Part shown: positions 53,433 through 64,000 of the stretch, piece after piece | Layout of the letters: each line of letters begins with the position of its first letter | Position numbering within the stretch: position 1 is the stretch's first letter | Position numbers and translations under genes: made by a program | Assembly: GCA_021613535.1 (NCBI GenBank) | Contig: CP075493.1 | Span: 16,864,001-16,928,000, forward strand | Direction of reading: 5' to 3' | DNA: 64,000 nucleotides | Source of the DNA: Adineta vaga | Taxonomy: Eukaryota > Animalia > Rotifera | Notes under the pieces: model-generated | Databases searched by the model: none | What the model was told of the DNA's origin: nothing | The model's input: only the letters and a program-made list of their open reading frames with translations

Positions 53433-54899
53433 TTTGATTTGACTTATTATATTAGACTTATTTTTATAAATTTAAATAGAAACAAATAATGTTCTATATA
53501 TTTTACAGTGTTAAAAAATCATATAAATCTTTAATTCTTCGCAATTAGTTTTAAGATTAATTAGATGACGATCAGATCGTATTTAATCTAATATTTTATC
53601 ATTATGTTGTTTTCTAACATAAAATTAAATTGATTTACAGAAAAATTTTTTCTTTAATAGAATACTTTAATTAGAATTTATTTATTAGAATTTTAAAGAT
53701 TGACGTAAGGTAATGAGAGAGGCACGTTTAAAGATCAGTTCGCCATCTTTGGAGCCAACTAATGTAACTAAGTATTTGTTTCAATATCTGAAGCATCTAT
53801 CTTCAAATGAAAGTACATCTGATAAATATGCAAATAAGAAATCATGATCATTTCAATAAAAGAGATGTTTTTTTTTCTAAAAACTCGAAAGGAATCGATC
53901 AAAACTAACCTCTGTCTGATTTTCAACAGTGATCTATGAATCAATTTTTTCCATCTTAACCTAGGTCAACTATGATATCCCAAATACTTGAATTATTTTT
54001 TCCATTTAATTTTACTCCCACCAATTGCAATGTCGAAAGACGCATAAACAAGGAACACGTGTACTTCATATAGAACGAGTCGTTTCACTTTTTATATATG
54101 GTGATATATAGATATTTGTTTCTTTCTATGAAAGTAAGAAATGAGTCAATATATCTTTTATCATAACAGAACAACAAAAGTAGCTCATCCTCATTTATTT
54201 TAAACCTTTAATGGGCGACTTTTATATAAAAAAGATGGAGAATGGGTAGGAAAAAACAGAAAGAAAAAGAGTGGTATATGTATGTACTACCACCCGTTAA
54301 AGCGTTAATCTATTGAATAATTATTATTTTTACAATTCTATCTTATGTGATAAAACTATTCAAAAAAGTTATCGATTGTGTACTACAATAAGTTGTGTTT
54401 TTCCTAAAAGACTTGAGTTTAAGATACTCTCAATACAAAGACAAGAATTCTATTTTTCTGAGTAAAGAACAGTCGTTAATTTTTCACTATTCAAGTATCA
54501 ATCATTTTATACTGAGATATTTCTTACATAGTTTTGAAATGTATTATTATTTAAAATAAATCTATGGAGATCGATGAACATAGATTATATCATGATGCCT
54601 TCGAATAAAAAAGTTCAGAATAATATAAATAAAAATTGAATAATGGAAATGAATAAATAATTATTAGTTTATGTTTAAATCGAATAGAAAGGAATTAATT
54701 TTGAAAAAATAACTATACTTATTTCTCTTCTTTATACAAAATTATCTGATAAATAATAAAATTATAGAGATTTAATTAAATTTTACTCACAAGGATTTTA
54801 GCAATAATCTTCACGAAGTTTCAACAAAAATTGTTTTTTGTTTGCGTTCATGTTTATTTTTTCTATTAAGTTTTTAGAATAAAAATATCATTGATATCA

Positions 54900-57800
54900 A
54901 TGGAAGTTCCAACTGTGCGAATAAAACAAAAAGATCTACAAAATTTTGTTAGTTTTGTCTATCAACATGAACAACAATTAAATCGATTTGGAGCAATTAA
55001 AATACAACTCAATAATGATTGTAAATTGGCTTTGAGGAAACGAAAGAAAACAATGTCATCTTTAATCACAAAACAAATTATAAAAAAGAATAAAGAAGAA
55101 CCTATTTATATTGTACAAAAAATGACTGATTATGACGAAATTATTTCACAAAGTTCATCAGCAATAGATGAAAGTACTTTTTGGTCTTCTTTATCTTGTA
55201 TTAACTCCAAAGAACAACGATCAACTAACAGTTCAATATTACACAATAAAAGTTATTTTTTACAAAAAATGTCTTCTTCACATTTCAATCTTAATCGTAT
55301 ACCTCAACAATCACTTCTTAAATTAGGTGGTAAAAAAGTAACAAGTCTATTTGTTCCGCATATAAGAAGATCTCATGGACCAGGTGCTATTTTTCCGTTA
55401 ACGTCTACGCCACATTATCTTTTCTCAGTTGATTACCATCATGAAGGTGGTGTTCATCATTGGTACATTATTCCAGCACATAAGAGAGAAACTTTAAGAA
55501 GAGCACTTAGTCAAGAAAATTACTCTGTCTGTCTTGAACATGGACAAATACTTGTTGATCCATTAGTACTAGACAAACATCATATTCCTTATTATCGAGT
55601 TATCCAACAGCCAAATGAATTTGTAGTTTTATCAGCCGGTACTCTAACACAAAGTTTCGCAGAAGATAGTAGTTGGCATGAATCAGTTGCTTTTGCTTTA
55701 CCCAGTTGGGTTGTAGAAGGTCATGCATATGCTTCTATTCCACCTTGTCACTGCCATGCCTCTCAAGAATATTTACTACAAGCCATTAATATGGATTTAT
55801 TTAGACCAGAACATATACAAAAATACATTACTTCGCATCTCAGTAGTATTGTTATCGACAACTTACTGACATCGAAAGGTTATCATTGTTTATATAATAG
55901 AGTTTTTCATACTATGTTATACATTTATAGATTTTTATGGTAGAGATGAAGTTACTAAAAAAACACCACATGGTACTGAAACGAAATTATTAAATGGTAT
56001 TTATAGATTTCAATTATCTAACATAACTAACAATGCTTGAATTAAATTTAAAAAGAAACTAACATTATTATCTAATTTGCTTTTGTTTTTTGGTCCGATC
56101 ATTATTTGTCAGGAATGTTAGTATATGTTTTCTATATATAAGTAAGGAAATCTTTGTCATCTACGATGTAAAGATAAAACAAGAAAGTGTCAAATAGATA
56201 CAACTGAGAATTTCATTCAAAGTTTTCATACCTCATGTAGAAAAGTCTGTTCTACAAATTTTTAGTCTATTTTCAAATTACGAAAGACTCTACATTGTGT
56301 TGATTAAGATACAGACAATTAAGAATCTGAAAAGTGTATAAGTTCATGTGGAACTTATTTCTGCTCGTAGAAATTTGAGGTATATGCTATCCTTTGTCAG
56401 AAACTTCCTTCGTTATATACTCTGAAATTAGGATCGACTCTCTTATAATACAGTAATTTTATAAAGTGAAAGAGAAGATTGAAAAGAAAACTATAGTCTG
56501 TGTGTGCCATATGAATAGGATGTAGAGCGATGAGTACTACGTATAAAGTCAATTACATATTTAAAGAATTATATAGGTTTCATTATTTGTCATCATATGA
56601 AATATGATTAAACAAAATGACTCGTCCATCATATATAGTATGTAAAAACTATGCCGTTCTTTTGACTCGAACTTATGAAGAAAATACTAGAATACTATAG
56701 AATCTTTCTTATACCATATCATAGCTTAACAGAATGTAACGAATTTGAGACTGTTTAAATTTCATTAATTTCCAATATAAATTTAGTTCCAACTCTGACA
56801 CCAACATTTATGACACCCATTGTACGATTGCAACCAATAGTAACGAATCTTGAATCTTCACCAACTACATTGACAACATCATTACATAGTAATTTCTATT
56901 GTACAGAAGACAAGAAGAAAGCTGCTGATGATAGTAGTCAATCACAGTGTGAGACATTAAAGTAAGTGAAATATATTCTAAAAAATTGTCTCTAGAATGA
57001 CTAACGTAAGAGAAAGAAGTGATTCCCACTAGATGAACATGTTTCGTACTGATATACAAATCATCACTGTTGTCTTTACAATATGTTCTTAAGCGGAAAA
57101 TCTGTGAAATAAGAAAGTCGAAGAAAGTGTAAACTCAAGTTGCTGTTCATCATAAACGTGAACGTTTTCCCGATATATTTCTTGAAAGTTCTGAGTTTCT
57201 AATAAGATTACACTCGTCGAGATCTAACACTACATATACAATCCTATAGCAATGTCCTGCTGACTTATATAGTACATGCTATATCTTCCAGGTATTTTGA
57301 AGATATGGGTGTTCTTCCTACTCTACCACATACTATCACCTACACTCACACCCTCCTGGATATGGAATACTACCGATTGAGAGTGATGATTTAGCTAATC
57401 GTCTCCTATCTTTATTGTGAACAGTTGAAATATGATAGTATGTCGCTTTGGAAGTAGGAAATTAGACTAGACTAATTTGATAGAATATCACATGCCAGGT
57501 TTGTAATTTTTCAGTTCTCGAAATTTTACCTACTCTGTATAGTTTACAATGTTTGGAATGCGACAATGTTTCCAGTATGACTGCTTTTCCATGTGTACCG
57601 GATACGACGACAGGTACGAAAGAGGAAAAGCTAAGAATTATATCTTTTCAAAAAGTTTGTACAGATGATTTAGATCAATACCTCATGGATACCGATCCAT
57701 CTTCTATGGCGTCTGTCGAGAATGAGAAAGCAATTCTTGATTACTTGTCGCAATTATCTTCGACTTCTGCGGAATCGTACTCGTTTTCTGAAGCCTTCGA

Positions 57801-59146
57801 TTATTCTTCAGACGTGACTCTCTCATCATCGTCGTCGTCGTCGTCTTTTCTGGCGTTTTCTAAATTGCAACTTGAGAATGTAGAAGAACCATCGATGAAT
57901 GATACTGCTCGAACATTTTCTCAATCATCACAAGCGTCTATGTCTAAGACGCTCTTTGTTTCTCACTTGCCAATTACAATAAATAATCGACAGCTTCGTA
58001 CATGGTTTCCCAAGTGTCACAAAATAATCTTTAAGAAATACTATTGGAATAATGACTTCAGGTTGTACAAGCATGAGTATCGTATTATAAATTAGTTATT
58101 TTCTGCTATATAGATACGCGTTAGTAAAACATCACAATTTCGTCGATGCTCAACGAAACTTGAATACATTTCTTACTTCACCTCCATCACTTGCAAACAT
58201 CTTCCATGTTAAAGCTAGTTATGCGAGAGAAACCGTGGTACACTCAAAGATCATCACTACTTCAACTGAAAGTAAGTTTCGATTTTCACAGCTTTCAATA
58301 ATCGGAATTTGTTGATATTAACTAAAGTTAAGAGTACGGGTGTGGTCTTATCTAGATAAGGTAGAGGGATGGATTTAAAAGTATTCCAATAGTTTCCCGA
58401 AGATATCTTGAACACTCATATGGGCATAAATCTCCTAGCTTCTGTCTTCTAACATTCTTGATACTGATATAGTATCAATTCATATTTAACTATTATAAAG
58501 TTTGTAGAACAAGTCAGTGTATACCTCATTATATGAAAATATTGGTCAGAAAATACTAATTATATACATGTTATATACACACAGAACTAAAACTAAAAGT
58601 TAAATACTATGAGAATTCTAAAATATTAGAAGAAGATCATGTTTTACTTAAAATATCGTTTTATCCCTCTCACCGAGACAAAAATCTTACCCCAACTTTC
58701 GAAAATTTCTAATCAGTTGTAGAAATTGACACTCGTAAAAAGTCAACATCACTGTATTGTTATCTTAACATCAGATGAACATATATGTCATCATTTCTTT
58801 TTACTATTATAGTTTCAAATACTGTCCACGATCTTTATGTAGGCCAAATTCCCAGTTCGGTTAGTCAAAATCAACTTGAACAACTCTTTCCTCAATCTAC
58901 TTCCATCAAATACCGACAAGGCAAAACTACGCGTGACCGAGTTGGCTTAGGGTATGAAAACATCGTCAGTATAATCCATAGATTTCTATTTGATTGTTTC
59001 ATTAATATAGATTTGCCTTTCTGCAGTTTGCTGATGCGCAGGCAGTTGCATGGGTAATGAAGCACAAAAATCAGTATTATATCGATAATCAACCCCTCTT
59101 AATCTCCTATAAACTATTAAAAAATACGACTATTACAAGCAGTTAA
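54900..59146 (+). CDS. JmjN/JmjC (KDM4/5-like, metal ligands lost) protein with two C-terminal RRMs
   Basis: Exons 54900-55878, 55931-55996, 56787-56960, 57543-58061, 58114-58271, 58813-58951 and 59011-59146 join in frame. JmjN: VPTVRI..FGAIKI. JmjC: FSVDYHHEGGVHHWYIIP, IQQPNEFVV, ESVAFALPSW. RRMs: TLFVSHLP..RYALV and DLYVGQIP..GFAFLQF. Confidence 0.75.
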
Positions 59147-59762
59147 AATGAATGAGTACAATAAAACAACACATTGTGAACAAAGCTAATTCTACATACA
59201 TTTCATTATTGTTTTCTGCATGTTAATAATCTATCATATAGATGTTTATTTATAATTAACTCTTACTGACGTCAACTGGCTACCGTTTTGGATAAAAAAT
59301 TGGAAATCTTCTAATCCATACTCGTCTACACTTGACAAGACAAAAATTTGAAATATTAGATACGCGAACTAAATGTATATCCCACCACCTGACACCACAC
59401 TTTCATAGCCCCTTGATAAACTCACTTCTGGAATAAAACACCCCAGATCTATATCACGGTACATTACAATTAATTAAGAAATCTACACAAATTTTCGCCC
59501 CAATATAGACAATCTTCCGAGAAATCTTTTCCAAAAGGATTTTTCTAATGGGTGTTCCTTTCAATATGAAAATCTTCTGTTACTGTAAGAAGAAGTTCAT
59601 ATTTGAAAATAAAATACTTTGTATTAAGAATAAAATATACAATACATCACTTACCAATAAAATGAACTGGTTGAATCGGTTTTTCAAGAATATATAAAAA
59701 TTGCAAGAATGTATGCTTCTTAGGAGCCCTTGCGCGTAAGCCACGCCCAATTTGACATAACC

Positions 59763-61417
59763 TTGCTCAATGACCATCTCCGATTTGGCTGATACTTTTA
59801 TAATAGATAGATCATGTAATGTTAGGAAGAAACCCAAAATTTCAGCTCAAACGAATAAGCCCTTCCGGAGATATAAGCGTTACAAGTGTCATGAGTAACG
59901 TATATTTTGACCACTTTTTAGTGCAACAGTTCTCAGTAAATTTTCAATATCTCACGAACGATAAGAGACAGAACCATGATTTTTTTATCATAAATACTAC
60001 CGGTAGTGGGCTATCGTTTGATCATATTAAAAGTGCTTGATGTTAGAATTTTTTTCCTTCAGTATATTAGGGTTGTTGGGGCAGGGGTCCAAGCCATATC
60101 GAGTGGATCAGCGCGCTAGATCATTTCGAAAGTACTCCTATATGAAAGAGCACATCGAGACGCATCGGTTTCTGTCTTCAAAAGTTTGTGGAAATGAATT
60201 ATGCTATACCAAATTTTTTCAACAATATCAAAGAGTCCAACTGGGGCACCCAGACTCTTCATATGAGAACACACAATTAGCCTTGCATTCTTCGATTTGA
60301 ATAGCTCAAATAAAAGCCCGTAGTGAAAAACCTCTAAGTTCAAAATTTCAGCTCAATCGGATGTACTGGAGGGAAATTATGATATATTCATTTTTTTGTC
60401 TTTCTTATTGATATCAGGTATACTAAATATTTAGCCTCCTGAATTTTGATTTTAATGCGACCAAAAGATATGAAAATTTTGCAATAAACTATTGACAGTA
60501 ACAGCTTAATTTATGCAAAGTATCAGCCCAAAATTGGAACTTCGATTTTTTTTCATATCCCTGGGGGGGACCACAGCATTTTATTATACATATCTCCTTA
60601 TAATGAGCATACGAATAAAAGAAATTATCAATGGGAGCTTATGCATGAATTTCATATCTAATTTGAAGCTATTAATTATATATTCCTTCCTGGTGAAGCC
60701 AATGGTATTCCCAAGTAAGTTGTATGAAAAAATATCTGGAAAAACCACAAACATATTATGTGCGGTCCACAATAAGAAAGACAAAAAAATGAATATATCA
60801 TAATTTCCCTCCAGTACATCCGATTGAGCTGAAATTTTGAACTTAGAGGTTTTTCACTACGGGCTTTTATTTGAGCTATTCAAATCGAAGAATGCAAGGC
60901 TAATTGTGTGTTCTCATATGAAGAGTCTGGGTGCCCCAGTTGGACTCTTTGATATTGTTGAAAAAATTTGGTATAGCATAATTCATTTCCACAAACTTTT
61001 GAAGACAGAAACCGATGCGTCTCGATGTGCTCTTTCATATAGGAGTACTTTCGAAATGATCTAGCGCGCTGATCCACTCGATATGGCTTGGACCCCTGCC
61101 CCAACAACCCTAATATACTGAAGGAAAAAAATTCTAACATCAAGCACTTTTAATATGATCAAACGATAGCCCACTACCGGTAGTATTTATGATAAAAAAA
61201 TCATGGTTCTGTCTCTTATCGTTCGTGAGATATTGAAAATTTACTGAGAACTGTTGCACTAAAAAGTGGTCAAAATATACGTTACTCATGACACTTGTAA
61301 CGCTTATATCTCCGGAAGGGCTTATTCGTTTGAGCTGAAATTTTGGGTTTCTTCCTAACATTACATGATCTATCTATTATAGAAGTATCAGCCAAATCGG
61401 AGATGGTCATTGAGCAA
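59763..61417. repeat. Long foldback: 648 bp near-identical inverted arms, 359 bp spacer
   Basis: 59763-60410 is the reverse complement of 60770-61417; the ORF track shows identical peptides on opposite strands. Confidence 0.95.
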
Positions 61418-62689
61418 CGGTCGGTGTGGCTTACATGCAATGCCTCTTAGATACATAAAGGATTCTCTCACTCTTTTTCGCTTCGATACACAATCCCCAT
61501 TTTTTTCTTTTTCTTTCCTACCGTTCTCTGCTTTTCTATGTATTCTCACAGATAATCGAAAAAAATAATGATTTCTACCAATCAACTTACATATATATAT
61601 ATATCCCTTATACCATTAGTATGTTCAACATGCACAGTAGCTGCCTCCACAAATCACAACACTAAAAGAAAACTTCAGTGATTAAAGGTTTTTCTCAATA
61701 TATTCCTCACAGCTCAACTTGATCCTCACCAATGCACACCCTCAAAAAAAATAGCACTATTCTCTCGCACTAATGCAAACCAAATCCAAGTACAATCCTC
61801 TCACTAAAACCTTGTGCTATGCAATCCCAAAGTAAAATTTAACTACCACACTGCTTAGAATACATTTATTTCAGGAACGATCTACTCTTTCTCCTTCAAA
61901 CATCCGCATTATACTTTTAAAAAAGCCATAGTGCAAATAATTCTTCAAGATTTCATTAAAAAACTGTCATGTATCCTATGAGTCCTTTTAAGACTGTTCA
62001 TAAAAGTGTCCACCAAATATTTCTGAAGGTGAGTGTAAGGGTAATGATCCACGTCTCTTTCTGGCCAGTGAACTCTTTGAACGACAAAACTATTCTTTGC
62101 GATAGAAATCATACGAAATTATTGAATTATATATCATAAAATAATGAATATATATGAAATCACAGTAGTAAGTAAGCTGTCACAATTAGTTTTGCTCAAT
62201 TACAAGAAACAGCGAACAAACGATGCACCCCGAATAGAAAAATTCGGAACAATGATAATTTTCACATCGATGCATAGGGTTTCATCAATATCTTATAATA
62301 ATAAAATATTTTAACAGTAATACGAATGTTAAAATAATCGTGAGATTTCAAAGAAAATCTTCAATGGGCTCAAAACACATTTTAAGTACAAGATATTTTA
62401 ATAAAATATAATACAAGATTTATCATGAACACGTCCAGCTATCGATTACTCTTGCATAGAGAAGGCTTGGAATCATGATGTTATAGAAAACCTTTTTTAC
62501 TATAGAAAATTTAGTATTAAAATATTATTAAATCTGCTCCTGACATGAAGTTACTAGACTGACATAAGATTCCAACTACATTTTCGTCCATTCATCGATT
62601 TCATCGATTTTCGCTTTGTAACTTTTCATTTTTGTTTGACGCGTGTAATTTTCTGTCAAATTCGAAAACGAAGATAAAAACAAACTAAT

Positions 62690-63830
62690 CGATTTATAGA
62701 AAACAACATAACATGTACAGGTCTTACAATAAGCTCTGAGACAGTTTGCGGTTTTTTTCATCCATCAACTTTTGTGCAAATAAAAATATATCGGTGTGAA
62801 GCTAGTACGACGGAGCTAGCATGACGAAACAAAGATTTAGCTAAAACTTTTTTATAAAGTAAGTCCCATCCATAAAGACGAGTCCATTCGATGCAGAATT
62901 TAATTCTGCATCGAATGGTGCTATAGGTTTTTTTCTCTTACATAAGAGGAAAATAAAGATGTAGGCAAAACTTTTCCCAAAGCTTGACCCGTGAATAAAA
63001 GTAGCACCATTCGATGCAGAATTAAATTCTGCATCGAATGGACTCGTCTTTATGGATGGGACTTACTTTATAAAAAAGTTTTAGCTAAATCTTTGTTTTG
63101 TCGTGCTAGCTTCACACCGATTAAAAAAAGTAGTACTGAAAAGCCAATAAAACCGAGTATAACTGATAGATCTTCGTGGTTACCATCGTGCAGAAGAAAT
63201 GCTTTCCACATGAAGATGTTTTGCTGAAAAATACTTTTGATCGTTAGAAAGATTTTTAGAGACTAGCAAAAAGACACAAGATATTGTTTTAAATCTAAAT
63301 AAATTTTGAAGAAGAGAAAGAACTGAACAAAATGAGACGTTCATGGGCGTTATAAACTCTTGTAGAAATGCGAGTTATAATAAAGAAGAAGAAGAAAAGC
63401 ATGTTTTATCTTCTTTTCACAAATAAAATAACTAAAAAAGTGTCAACCTGTATAGCTCTATTGTATACTACACTATTTTATACGCTATACAGTTCGTGAA
63501 CGTCTCATTTTGTTCAGTTCTTTCTCTTCTTCAAAATTTATTTAGATTTAAAACAATATCTTGTGTCTTTTTGCTAGTCTCTAAACATCTTTCTAACAAT
63601 CAAAAGTATTTTCCTGCAAAACGTCCTCATTTGGAAAGCATTTTATCTGCACAATCTTAATGACGAAGATGTATCAGTTATACTCAGTTTTTATGGGCTT
63701 TTCAATACTATTTTTATTCGCACAATAGTTGATGGATGGAAAAAACCGAAAACTGTCTCAGAAATTTTTGCAAGAGGCGTTAAGTTGTAATTTATATTTC
63801 AACTAACGCGATACAATCCATTAAATCGGT
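62690..63830. repeat. Diverged foldback element with a younger hairpin element (62790-63121) inserted in its left arm
   Basis: Outer arms 62738-62788 plus 63130-63345 pair with 63496-63762; inner TIR atcggtgtgaagctag / ctagcttcacaccgat, with about 110 bp near-perfect arms. Confidence 0.85.
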
Positions 63831-64000
63831 TTTTCCTTGGAATCAGAGAATGTACGGTTCGAAGCTACTTAATAATCAGTATAAAGTTAGGCTTATATTT
63901 TGTTATTTTCGCTTGCTTTGGCGACAAAATTGTTAGTAATCATTTTAATTACAGATTTCCTACTAGCTTCCCGGTGAGAAATGAGTTTTGTCATTTTTCT

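Noticed and set aside
59819-61361. Duplicated small ORFs (73, 75 and 87 aa) on opposite strands
   Set aside because: These are by-products of the inverted repeat and show no protein-like features.
1-64000. Bacterial contaminant contig explaining the NRPS, BVMO and pentein genes
   Set aside because: The NRPS and decarboxylase have spliceosomal introns, and the intronless genes sit among eukaryotic TEs and intron-rich genes; long-read confirmation is still desirable.

Overview
AT-rich eukaryotic DNA with many 45-65 bp GT-AG introns, scattered TGTGGG-like hexamers and dense DNA-transposon/foldback debris. This is most consistent with a bdelloid rotifer (Adineta/Rotaria-like; inference). The window carries a run of metabolic genes, several of non-metazoan type: (1) an intron-containing NRPS (C-C-A-T) that probably splices to a carboxylic-acid-reductase-like terminal R exon; (2) a fold-III PLP decarboxylase with Glu at the ODC Asp332 position, as in chlorovirus arginine decarboxylase; (3) an intronless Baeyer-Villiger monooxygenase; (4) an intronless ArgZ-like guanidino hydrolase; (5) a full-length ABCB/P-glycoprotein exporter. 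Together these look like a candidate animal biosynthetic/Arg-to-polyamine gene cluster. Also present are a catalytically dead JmjN/JmjC protein spliced in frame to two RRMs, an unknown membrane protein, a deleted pogo-like transposon, and several long, sometimes nested, inverted repeats. Gene models were read by eye from splice sites and reading frames, and no database searches were run.
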